A stretch of DNA of 63,982 nucleotides, counting the filler, from Octopus bimaculoides (taxonomy: Eukaryota), in NCBI RefSeq assembly GCF_001194135.2. It is 6 parts of 5 records of this genome, joined end to end, with 100 filler letters (N's around TTAATTAATTAA, not from the genome) between each part and the next. Parts side by side here need not be neighbours in the genome. Positions count along the whole stretch, not along the records: positions 40,071 to 51,579 come from NC_068981.1; positions 51,680 to 62,676 come from NC_068986.1; 4 more parts are not named here. One strand, written 5' to 3'. Every line of letters starts with the position of its first letter. The stretch's first letter is position 1. Position numbers and translations under genes: made by a program. The notes below the pieces were generated by a model. It saw nothing but the letters and a program-made list of their open reading frames with translations. It made no database searches and was not told the origin of the DNA. Of this stretch, positions 42,556 through 55,239 are shown in pieces.

Positions 42556-43746
42556 ATCTATGTATACCATGTGCTACGGTGTGCATGTGTGTGTGAATGT
42601 ATGTGAATGTATGTGAGGCTATGTAGAGTTAAGAATAAGAATTCTCTCAAGTATTCCCGTAGTATAGAAATTCTCATTCTCATTTATGCTCTTTCACTCC
42701 ACACTCTCATCGTTGAGTATACAATTTCTACAGGGAAATCATGTCCGATGTCATTTATTAATTAATTATCAAGTCAGGTCACGTTTCAATTGAATTCTAT
42801 GGCTGCAGCATAATGTTCGTCATATAAGTAACTACTCAGTAAAATTGACTTTTAAAGCAGTGATCAATTTGTTTCGAAACTACCAATTATGATGATATAA
42901 GAAACATACGTTTAGGACATTTCAAATCACTAGATATATTCATTCTGCATATGTTCTTCTAGGAAAAGAACTCTTATATGGCAGTTCTTCTGAATTATCC
43001 CAATAGAAAGCTAATTATATCTAGTTATTTCCAATGTTTTTATAATGTTTCTTCGTGAATGTTTTTTTCTATGACTATAGACTACACTGTTTTCTTACGT
43101 TGTCATTATTACAACGGTTACGTGTTATCAAATATACTTACTTGCATTTTCCGCCATGACTTTCAGTGCAAAGACGCGCCCATATCACACACACATTTAC
43201 ATAATACACGTAGAACATATTAAGTGGGATAATTTGCATCATCATTACACATCGTCTAAATGCTATGATATAGATGAAAATCAAGTTTTATTTGAGTAGC
43301 TGTAGTATTAAAATTGATCAAAAAGAATGTTAGATACCCTATTAAGGTATTAAAAAATAACTATAGCAAAGATTTGTTACTGCAAACATGCATAGCTGAA
43401 ATTTTCCAGTTATTAAGGCAAAACATCTGACATACCATTCGAAAATCAGAAATGTTATTAGATTGTTGTTACCAAAGAATATTCGACGTGTATATATATT
43501 TAATATGCTATGAAATTTGATGATTAGCTGCAGCTGCCATACGCAATTTTTCATAGATTCTCTTAAACAACAGGTGATAATGGCAATAAGAATGAAATCA
43601 AATTTCTGCCTGCGAATTAAGATAAGAATTGACGGTTCTCGCATAAAAAAATTCGATTCAAACATCGTACTGTCAGTAGATCCCTACCCAAAAGTACAGT
43701 GGACCTGAAATATTTAGAGAAGTTAACACTTACAAATGAGTCAATG

Positions 43747-43801
<55 letters not shown>

Positions 43802-43815
43802 CATAGAGATGCATA

Positions 43816-44632
43816 CAGGTTCTGATCAATAAGTATCTGGACTATTTCCATAGTTTTGAAGCTGAAGCACGCAGAGTAAAGCCGCTTCACACAAATTGAC
43901 CTTGACATCCGTTGTGATCGCGCAAAAACTTTTAACGTTCTAGCTCACTTCTAGCTATTTCCAGAAGTGCTTAGAAGGAACGTGTGTAGCGTGTGACCAT
44001 AAAAGAGAAAGTTGTCATGGTGATACGTGCTCACAGGAATACGCAATGTTGTAGAAAGTGTATAGAGAGGGGTGTATGAGTGATTCCTGACGTCTCAAAG
44101 ATGGCCGAAAAATGTCGATATTGACGAACGATCTGGGAGACCTGTAACCAGCAGAACTGAGGAAAACATCACATCACAGATGCAGCTGTGAGGGGAAATC
44201 GACGAAATACCACCCGTGAGTTATCAAAGGAGGTGCAGATTAGTTATGGTTTAGTTCAGTAAATTATCACTGAAGATTTGTGTATGAAACACATGTCTGC
44301 CAAGTTTGTGCCAAAACTCTGGTTTCAGGTGCACAAGATCTCCTTGACTGTGACGAAAACGATGAAAACTTTGCGATGGACCATGAGCTGGTATCGGTAA
44401 GCTTTTGGCAAAATTTCACGCAGATTCTCTGCTCAACGTAGTCAATGCGAGGATCAAACGTTACACACCTTCATTCCAAGAACTACTGTAAACAGTGGAA
44501 ATGAGGTAGGACGTTAAAACTTAGTGCAAATGCACATCAGCGTTCACTGTCAACCTGTGCGAATGGACTTCACTCTGCGTGCTTTAGTGTCGTTAATATA
44601 GCAACGGTCCTGATACTCATTGATCAGACTAC

Positions 44633-44633
<1 letters not shown>
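43816..44633 (+). mobile_element. Non-autonomous mariner with ~180-bp imperfect TIRs
   Basis: TA flanks at 43814-15 and 44634-35; arms 43816-43998 and 44452-44633 align as inverted repeats; internal remnants DERSGRPVTS...TRELSKEVQISYG...KHMSAKFVPKL. Confidence 0.8.
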
Positions 44634-44689
<56 letters not shown>

Positions 44690-44699
44690 NNNNNNNNNN

Positions 44700-44748
<49 letters not shown>

Positions 44749-44749
<1 letters not shown>

Positions 44750-45657
44750 TAGGTCATCACATAAATAATGCAGTTTTTCATTTTGTTGAAATAAAAGTTG
44801 GAGGGGCACGGGATAAACTACCTGTATCAACTTGCTGTAAAAGCAGGTAGTAATTGTAGCTTATCCTTATCTTTTATGTAAGTTTTGAAGAATGCTGCTC
44901 GATTTTAACACTTATTATTTCAAAGCTACAATGATGGTGACAAAGGAGCATATTCGGCATATTTTGCTTTATGAGTTCAATAAAGGCAACAACCCAACGG
45001 AAAGTGCGAAGAATATTAATGCAGTATATGGGGGTAAGTCAATACGCGTATGCCAGTGTCAGCTGTGGTTCCAGAAATTTCGAGCTGAAAACCACAGCCT
45101 AGAAGACGAGCCTCGCCCTGAAAGATCTGTAGAGCTCGAGAAGGACATCCTGCGCACCCTGGTGGAACAAAACCCCATCGTAACTGTTGAGGAACTAGCA
45201 GAGAAGCTTGGATTTGGTAAATCATACTTTCATTCAAATCAGTTCGAGAATGAAAACGTCAATGTTTGGATTCAAGACGAAAGGTGTTCTTCAATCAGAA
45301 TGATGCTCGGCCAAATACAGCGAGGATGACATTCCAACGGCTTAAGCAGTTTAAATGGGAAACAATGCCCCAATCACAATATTCGCCTGACATTGCCCCA
45401 TCTGATTATCATTTGTACCGCAATCTTCAAAATAACTTAGACAGAAAAAATATGAATTCTGTAGACGAGTACTGGAGTAGTATGTTTCGTCACGGACAAG
45501 GGAATTTTGGAAGAGGAGCCTTGGAATTCTACCTAATAGATGGAAGAGCATTGTAGAAGCTGAAAGAGTGTATATTTTAGATTTTAAAAAAAATGTGTAT
45601 CTTAATTTTCAAAAATAAAAGAATTATAAAAAAAAACCGTATTTACAGGTGACCCAA
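44749..45657 (+). mobile_element. Internally deleted mariner (Tc1/mariner DD34D family)
   Basis: N-terminal HTH KEHIRHILLYEFNKG...WFQKFRAENHSLEDEPR fused to C-terminal QNDARPNTA...YSPDIAPSDYHL; degenerate TIRs ttaggtcatcacataaata / tatttacaggtgacccaa. Confidence 0.85.
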
Positions 45658-45677
45658 CACACACACACACACACACA

Positions 45678-45710
<33 letters not shown>

Positions 45711-46859
45711 NNNNNNNNNNNNNNNNNNNNNNNNNNNNNNNNNNNNNNNNNNNNNNNNNNNNNNNNNNNNNNNNNNNNNNNNNNNNNNNNNNNNNNNNNN
45801 NNNNNNNNNNNNNNNNNNNNNNNNNNNNNNNNNNNNNNNNNNNNNNNNNNNNNNNNNNNNNNNNNNNNNNNNNNNNNNNNNNNNNNNNNNNNNATATATA
45901 TATATATATATATATACACGCACACACATACACGTAAAAGTTTATAAATGAACACAGGTTCACACACATATAAGGTTTTACATCGGTTTATGCATATTAC
46001 ATTCTTTTTGTTTTCCGGAGTATTATATGCATTATGCAGATCTCGACCGGTTTGCCACTCACGACAACTTGACAGCTTCTAATTTTATTCCACTATCAGA
46101 TTTCAAATCAACGAAAGAAACTGTAATGTTCTCGCCAAGAAGTAGACATTTGGAAAATCTATCCAAACATGTTGCTTAAATTATGAATAAATTACATAAA
46201 ATTAAATTGCCGTACATTGAATTTTGCACGCAATTTTCGTGAATATATAGATTTGTTTCGTACAACATTAAGTCTCTTGTGACATCTATTCTACTTTCAT
46301 ATAACTACTTGCTTTTGTCCATCCATCATATACGCAATGCGTGTTCGCATTTTACCTTTGTATATCTACTTACACACATTCAACCCCTCCTAGACCCATA
46401 CACAAACTCACCCCCTTCCACACGCATACACATACGCATGCCTCTCATACCCACAGATATCAGTAAATAAGGATATATACAAATATATATGAAAATTTAA
46501 ATATATATATTTGTATACACACACACATACACACACATATATGAAAGGAACGAACGAGACTATATGTGTGCATGTACATGCGCGTAGTTGTAATAATTTC
46601 AGCATGCCATTTGCTTTAATAAGCGCATTGCCAATTTTCATGTATTTACTTCTTTACCGATAAGTTACTTTCATGGTCCCGATACGATAGAAGGAAGCTT
46701 TGACTTCGTTGTTTCTTGAACGCAGACTGTAAACTGGTAAATGATTGTTAAAAACTATTTTTTGAGACATTCTAACGATACTCGCAGGTCTCTGCCCCAT
46801 GATTCGTAATCCGATTTTTGTACAAGTGTATATGGATGCATGAATTATTGCGCAATTTA

Positions 46860-46915
<56 letters not shown>

Positions 46916-46959
46916 CGTGTGTGTGTGTGTGCGTGTGTGTGTGTGTGTGTGTGTGGGTG

Positions 46960-47011
<52 letters not shown>

Positions 47012-47098
47012 NNNNNNNNNNCGCAGGTCTCTGCCCCATGATTCGTAATCCGATTTTTGTACAAGTGTATATGGATGCATGAATTATTGCGCAATTTA

Positions 47099-47136
<38 letters not shown>

Positions 47137-48344
47137 TGTAGTTAATGTAGTTAATGTAGTTATTTTATTTGTTTTGTTTAAAGCTTTATAGTCATACCGA
47201 TGCCATATAGCTAGCTGTAATTAGATTTCGGATCAGTTTATAATCAACCTGCTAAATATCGTAAAGAATTTAGTAAACCTCTTTCCTGTCTCCTCCTCTA
47301 GCCGCAATATTTTAGATATAGAGAAATGCAGTTTGGCAATTCGGTTTTTATAATTCTATATGTCACGCGTGCATATGCACTTGCGCGTGGCATCTTTGTT
47401 TCAGTTTTTTAACTTGATATATCCCGGTATCGTAGATATGAAAGGAATCAACATTAAATATCTTAAACTTTTATATCTGCTAATGTATATGGTATAGTCC
47501 CTGTTTTTCAGTTATATAGGTTGTGATGTGCCAATCGCGTAGGAGATTTCTTTTATGTAGAGGTAGAATGCCTACGCGGTGATATCAAAAAGGATGAGTG
47601 CATGGTTATGCATGCGTTGTCAATTGCATCAAATTCTCACTGTATGTTTTGCTTTGTAATTTTGTAGATATCTAGCCTAACTTCAAATGCATTCTATCAA
47701 CAATATAGCTTCTTTTTTTAAGAATTGCAGAAATAAAACCTGCCTAATATTTTGGAAGATGCGGTTTTCTAAATGGTTTGTGTAAGATTTAGACAATCAC
47801 GTCAGAGGATCTCTGGGATCGTGATAACGTTAATGATCCGAATTGAACGCAAGATTAGGGCTACTACCTCAGACCGGCTTCTCACACATTATGACACATT
47901 ACTCAAAAAAGGAAAAACAAAAAAAGAAGAAAAAGTCAATACGAGTGTTTTGTAGTGCTATGCATTGGAATAAAATTCGGATTGAAGTGCAATATATTAA
48001 TACCACACCAATCTGTACAGTTAATATATTGCGTGCGTGACCGTAGTTTCATATGTGGCTTTCGTCGTACGAGTCCTCATATTGTGAAGTTTTACTATAA
48101 GACAAAAGTAATACGGGAATGAGGGAAGGGAGAATGATAAATAATTATCTAGGGTATAGTTACACTCCCCTTTGAAGTAGCACAGGATGTTATTTTATTT
48201 TGCATGCACGTCAAAGTGTAAACATATAGAATTTGTAACATATGTGATCTGAGATATCAAAAGATTAGATGGAAAACTCGGTTTCTAACATGATTCAAAA
48301 ACATTTCCCTCTTGTTATACGCAGCCTAGTAGGCTAGAAACAAA

Positions 48345-48402
48345 TAGCAACCGGTTTCACAGAGTATCTTTTTATGTATTCTGCGAAAACCGGTCGCTAC
48401 TT
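48345..48402. repeat. Imperfect palindrome (~55 bp hairpin)
   Basis: tagcaaccggtttcacagagtat ... gtattctgcgaaaaccggtcgcta. Confidence 0.6.
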
Positions 48403-49852
48403 GCTGAATGACGTAAAATGATTATTTACAGGAAATCACAACTGCAGAGAATTTGCATCCATTAAAAGGTGAATTCTATTTCTGCATCACTCTGAACTGC
48501 TTCTTATAGAATATTGACTAGTAATTTAATAATTTATGAATTAGAGATATGGTAACTATGCATGAGCATGCTAAGTAATTTCATAAGATCTTTACTGTGG
48601 GCATTATCTGACACATCATAATTTTCTATGACCTCTATGGCCCCCAGAGTTTTGCTAAACAATAAATCAATAGTAATTTACTGCTGTCCTTGGACAAAAC
48701 TCTGCACAAAATACTATGAGTGAGACAGTATCATATTGCCGCATTTGGAAGCAATATTCCTTCACATGAGTTTACTAAATCGCTTGCTGAACAATGCATG
48801 AGGGATAACAAATGATTAATTATAAAGTATTCTACTAAAACAAATATACAATTCTGTATGCTTAAACATGATCTAATATTTTAAAAATACATGTCGGCAA
48901 TAACGTATTTTTTTTATTATACACATGTCGTAACAAGTGGAGGTTTATAAATTCAAGCGGGGTATCAGCATGAACCAAAATGATTTGACAGACTCAACAG
49001 TGAATCTCTCTCAAATTAAACATTTCTATCAAAAGCCTACGAAGGAACATATGATTATATACGGCTAGGAATGCTATATCTGAAAGTACACCAATATGAT
49101 CACGGTGGAGAAACATTTATCAAGAGGCCACCTTCATTTAGCTCTCCTTTTGTAAATAGATGCGAAATTTCTTTGGACATGAAGTTTTACTAGAAGCCTT
49201 AGGATACAAAAAAGGCGTCGTGTTACAGAAATGTGCCAAAACCAATATGTTAAGGTATTTATTTCAACGAGTCAATAAAAATAATGCCAATATATTTATA
49301 AATGAATTTCACTCAAATAGTTTTTCCCTACTGGAATATGTGTAGGTATTTGTTTTTTTTTTATATTTGAAGTACATCTTCTTTACCTCACCTCTATATT
49401 CATTATCGGCATTGCCATCGTCATCGCTGTCGCTGTCGTCATTGTCAAGCTTGTCATAAATCAGCGATGCCTTCGTTGATATTGGAGCTCCCCCCTCCTG
49501 TTCATATCCTCCTTATTATCATTATACATTTACAATTCGTACCTATGCATATAGGAATTGTCCAATGCAATTATATATATTGTTACACTATATTGTAACA
49601 TACATTTAAGAATAGGTTTAACAAAAATAGAAATATTTTTATTTCTAAGTCTCTCCAAGAGAGACAACGGCAGCGGTATTGAATATTAATAGTTATCGCG
49701 AAGCCAACATGGCAGTCCCAAAAATAGGACAATAATGCCGTTGATTAGCTCCAAAAGGCCATCGCCTCTAGCTAGCTATGTGACACACGAACCTGTGTCC
49801 ATTATAACCTTCGAACTGGGGAGGTCAGCTGCTTTCCCTTGCTGGTCTGGCA

Positions 49853-49895
49853 TCTCCAGACTAGTTTCGGAGTATTGCCCCTTATCAAAGGGAAG
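49853..49895 (-). ncRNA. Minimal type I hammerhead motif, U3-A8 core variant
   Basis: rc: TTGATAA-GGGG caata CTCC-GAAA-CTAG-TC; stem I is degraded. Confidence 0.65.
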
Positions 49896-50050
49896 CGGCC
49901 GAACCCAGCAGGCGTCGCTACTGGCCGTCTGTACGAAGGTTTATTTAACTAAATTCAGTGGAATACATCCACTTGTTTTCAAAAATAGAAATATTAATAT
50001 TTCTAAGTCTCTCCTTCGAACAGGGGAGGTCAGTCGCTTCCATTTGATGA

Positions 50051-50088
50051 TACATAGATAAGGGGCAATACTCCGAAACTAGTCTGTA
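50051..50088 (+). ncRNA. Minimal type I hammerhead motif (inverted copy)
   Basis: TACA-tagataa-GGGG caata CTCC-GAAA-CTAG-TC-TGTA; 4-bp stem I. Confidence 0.6.
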
Positions 50089-50413
50089 GATGCCAGATCA
50101 GCAAGATAAGAAATGTAACTTAGTGCCATGTATGTATGTATGTATGTATGTATGTATGTACGTATGTATGTATATACAGACACATATAGTCTTATTCTTC
50201 TTTCTTTTACATGATTCAGTTATTTGACAGCGGCGATGAGGGAGCACTGCCTTTAGTCGAACAAATCGTCTCCAGAACTTATTCTCTGTAAGCCTAGTAT
50301 TTATTATGTCGGTTATGTTTGCAGAACCGCTATGTTACGAGGATTTAAACACACCGACATCGGTTGTCAAGCGATGGAGGGGATACAAACACAGACACAA
50401 ACGAATATACACA

Positions 50414-50462
<49 letters not shown>

Positions 50463-50514
50463 ATCTATCTATCTATCTGAAGTAACCACATCGGGTCGTC
50501 CAGATCGTAGTTAG

Positions 50515-51579
50515 ATAGTGTATTCTGTAGGACAGTGGATAAGGATAGAGTAGGTTGTCCACAATCCCACATAGTCAGCTACACAGACCACAAATTTGTC
50601 ACTTGTACGCTTGACTTAGATAAGGCACATAGACAGGGTTGCTGGAAGCTGAACGCGTCGTTCACGGCACGCCAGGCTTACAGGGACCGGATTAGCACTT
50701 TAGTTAAGAGAGCATCAACGGGTGCCATCATCAACAACAGATGGTGGTATGCCCTCAAAAAAGCAATCAAGTCAGAATCGGTTAGGTACAGTAAGGCCCT
50801 AGCGTTAGACCGAAATAGAATAGAGGGAGACCTAGTTAAGAAATTAGAAGAGGCACTTAGTACTGACATCGCGTCCAACGTAGTGGCGGCGAGGTTGGCC
50901 CTCGACCAACATTTCAACGCCAAACACGAAGGATGCGTTGTCAGAGCTAAGATGCGTGCTCTGAGGGACGAGGGAGTTGGAGCGGCCCGTGAGGCCCGAG
51001 AGGCCCGAGTAGCGGAGGCGCATCGAGGCAACAAAGCCACCATTAGGTCTCTGACAGATGAAGAAGGGCGCGAATTACTTGAGCCTGAAAGGATGTGCGA
51101 GGCCTTTCAACAGCACTTTGCCCGACTGTTCGGGACAACTGGTGGGTCAGAACGCAGAGTAGACTTTAGTGCCTTCTTGCATGGCCTGCCACGACTCTCA
51201 GCAAGAGAGGCGGCGTGTTGTGAAAGACCAATCACAGCCGCGGACGTACGGGATGCGATGGCAGGCTGCAAGGGAGACAAGTCGCCAGGGTTGGATGGTC
51301 TGCCCTACGAACTTTATTGTAGACCATCACTACTTGGAAGCCGTCCTCATAACGGCTGGTTTCGGTCCCGTCTTCCGTGGTTGGATCGCTGCCTTATACA
51401 GCGGCATCCGCTCGGTAGTTCGCGTAAACGGTTATCTATCCAGACCCTTCGGCATCATGCGTTCGGTTCGTCAAGGATGCCCCCTCTCGGCCCTTCTGTA
51501 TGTATTGACTCTTGAGCCTCTACTGCGGACGCTGGTGACGCTGAGGGGCATTCCACGAGAGCTGGGATGTGGGACGAGC
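50515..51579 (+). mobile_element. L1/Tx1-clade LINE ORF2 fragment
   Basis: End of the APE domain (YTDHKFV...WKLNAS), linker, KSPGLDGLPYELY, then after a deletion DHHYLEAVL...RSVRQGCPLSALLYVLTLEPLL; runs into a gap. Confidence 0.85.
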
Positions 51580-51704
51580 NNNNNNNNNNNNNNNNNNNNN
51601 NNNNNNNNNNNNNNNNNNNNNNNTTAATTAATTAANNNNNNNNNNNNNNNNNNNNNNNNNNNNNNNNNNNNNNNNNNNNATATATATATATATATGTATG
51701 TGTA

Positions 51705-51737
<33 letters not shown>

Positions 51738-52108
51738 TCCTACCTGTACCGACATGCGTGCACGTGCGTGCGAATCGATGTGTATGGTTGTATTTCTATA
51801 GATTTCCATGCATCTTGCTGGCATTCTAACCCTACGTTATATATATGCCTAAATATGCCTGCACTCACATACCCACCCACAAACACGTACACACACGTGC
51901 GGTTGTACAAATACATACGCATCTACCCAGTTAAGCAGTCGATTGATTAACCAATACATTGAACAAACGATCGATTTGTTGGTTAAATATTTAGCCGAGT
52001 GACTAAAAGTAAAGAAGTGTTATTGAACCAGTGCATGTGTTTATTCTTGTCGGCGTAATGACCCTCCAAAAGCACAAGATATATGTATATGTGTGTGTAT
52101 ACATACAT

Positions 52109-52143
<35 letters not shown>

Positions 52144-53601
52144 TACATATATATATACACACATGTATGTATGTGTGCGTGTATACATACGCATACATGA
52201 TCTTAATTAAAACACATCACGTCTATAGAAGGCACAGAATAAATGTGAAAATATGAGAACAAAATAATAATTACCCCGAGTCAAACAACGGTTCCTCGTT
52301 GCGATCACTTGGCAGTCTAGTAACCAATTAAACTTCAAACTTAAATCTACTATTTAAAAAGGAAGGACACATACAATATAGTCGTTGATTACATTTGGTC
52401 ATATTTTTGTATGTTCATCGTTGACAATAACAACAATACTTACCTGTACCGACAATTGATTAACCAGCTCAGTCAAGCAATCACTGGCCTTTCTTAAGTG
52501 GCAGTAGTGCATACCATCTGATGGTGGAGTTTCTTTAGAACACGCCTCTGGATAAGGACAGGGTTTTTCAAAACACAAAGCATGAGCACACAGAACTTCA
52601 TATTCTCTTTGCTTATAATTCTTGAGCAGTACAGAATATATACTGAGTGGTTTATACAATGACATCACAGCCGACTGCAATTAAGATTTATCATATAAAT
52701 TTCAAAAATATATGAACCTTTTATATAATACATCATCAATTCTATGTAAAAATAAAAGAAATATTTTATGACAGACAAAAAATGTTTTATATATATACTA
52801 ACCCGGAGTGTGAAAGTTTTAGTCAAATTATCTGCGTAAAAGTACAATTTCGGAAATATTGCGTTCCATTTATTTGACATAGATTTAGTAAAGTGACGGC
52901 AGTTTATAGTGGGCAACGATACATTTTTTTTACACTGTGCAAAAACATAAGAAACAATTACTAACAGATTTTGTGATTTTCATATGATGACTTTATACAT
53001 GACATAGAGATATTAATTAAAAAGTGAATTACTTTATTTTACACAATTCCGTTTCTGAAAATATTCGTCGATATCAGAACTTAATTTGTGGTATACAAAT
53101 ATTCATTATATAATAAGAAACTAAACATGAAGGAATAAAGAATTTAGTGATTACTCACATAATATTCCAATGTCTCGTTTGCAGCTTTTCCGGCTTCTTG
53201 TGTAATACACAGTGCCAAGTTGACGCGAACTCGTTGATTAAGTGATGTAGTGGATTGTATAGGTGATACATTAATCAGTGCAATCCATATCGCTAAACAT
53301 AAGGCTAATATAAAATAACAATCTAAAGTAAGGAGCACATAGCTAAGAAATATCAATTTAAATATGTAAATTACGAAATCCTAATGTTTGAACAAAATCT
53401 GATAAATATTTCAATATCAACAGATTACGTATATCTTAGTTCTTATTTGTGCACTTTTGAAAATGAATGAGCTTTTTGCTCACAAGTGACTTATCCTAAA
53501 TATTACTAATGTATTGTTTAATACTGTATTTATATCATACTTAATTGGCATCACATTCGCACACACGCACGCACGCACACACGCACGCACACACACACAC
53601 G

Positions 53602-53650
<49 letters not shown>

Positions 53651-54350
53651 TGGTATGATAAACAAATGTAATTGAATATGATACTTACAAATGCCCATAT
53701 CTTCTTGAGATTTTCTAGAAAATACAAGATAAGATAAAATTCGAAATACAGGAGTTGTACACTTCAGTACACACCAGGTGAACAGTGTACATTTATGAAA
53801 CGTTTGTAGCAGACATTTGGTTTAGATGCACAAGCTCAGTGACTGACGTCAATGCAATTAACATGGGTATGTAACTGAGTGTATGTGATAAATTACGAGA
53901 TTTCAGTTGTATTCTCAGCACTAATTCATTCTTTTTGCATTAAAGATGTATGAATTAAATAATAAAACAAAATAAAATATTTTATTTTACTTCTAGTAGG
54001 TCGCGTGTTATCCTAATTATTAAAAATGTGAAGAATATCGGTTGGAAGTAACAGAAAACAATATTTATTATATTGAACAAATATGTTTAACGTGCTTTTT
54101 ATACAATAGCCAGCAAGTGATAAATTTAAGTGATACACATTTAGTTTACACAAGTATGAAATATATGTCACTATGGTATGCAATCGATTAATTATGTAAA
54201 TGTTAAGTATCTACGATTTCCAGCAGCTGTTAATTCACATAAGTCTTCAATGTCATAAAAGCTGTCAAGACGTTCACAGACCTCTTCTAAGAATCTTCTC
54301 ACCGCTGACAGAGTCTAACATCTGTTGTTGCTGCTATTGCTGCTGCTGCT

Positions 54351-54381
<31 letters not shown>

Positions 54382-54894
54382 CTGCTGCTGCTACTGATGA
54401 TGATGATGATGATGATGATGATGACTATGATGATGATCATGATCATGATGATGACCATTAATGTCAAGAACCATATTCTTGGTTAAAACCAAGAATATGG
54501 TTTCAAAGCTATTATACTGCCTCTTTTGCTTGTTGAATTACTGATGTTTCATTCAGGAAATATAAGCTTAATAAAATTTACAGCCGCTAGCTGCTAAAGC
54601 TGTAGTGAACAAACACTACTTCTTTTCTTTTGGGCATTCCTCCGTCAAATTCTTTAAGCCACGTATATGGTAAATAATACCTTAGCTGTGTAAGTGTTAT
54701 TGATATTGTTTTAGATTACTGAAAGCTGCTGAGATTTTTACTTTTCCCGATCATTAGTAATTTTTCTGTTTTCGCTTATTGATATGCCAACATCTACCTT
54801 AATTACAACTCTATGCACTCTTTTTTCCGCTTTTCTTTCTCATCTATCCCTTAATACTCTACCTCGTTCATCACCAATCACACATACACTGCCA

Positions 54895-55030
54895 GTGGGA
54901 AATTATCTCCAACTGCTCAAGAGCAAGATGGTTCTTGGCCCTGCAAATGTACTTTCTACTATCTCCAAACAATGTTCCCCAGAGTTATCTTTGGTACTCA
55001 CCAAAACCTTCACTCTCTCTTTCGTTATCC
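54895..55030 (+). mobile_element. CR1/Jockey-group RT N-terminal fragment
   Basis: LQLLKSKMVLGPANV...KQCSPELSLVLTKTFTLS resembles the K-x2-GPD...C-x-PEL...LxxLFxxS motif. Confidence 0.45.
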
Positions 55031-55239
55031 CACTCTCTCTCACACACAGACACACACCGAAAAGACAAGAGGAACAAAGGGCGGAGTCACTAAGGAGAAA
55101 GCCATCTTAATGTCCAAATAAAAGAAAGAAGAAAAAGACAAACTTACAGACCCATAAAATGGCTTCCAACAACTGACAAAGTGAGCTGTAACACAATAAA
55201 GTTACATCACTAAAAAAATTAATTACAAGAGTGTAAGGC

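Larger units (their letters stand above)
49620..50105 (-). repeat. ~355-bp tandem repeat family with hammerhead motifs (locus 2)
   Basis: atttctaagtctctcc recurs at 49641 and 49999 (period 358); reverse-complement match to 39490-39860; inverted partial copy at about 50015-50105. Confidence 0.85.
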
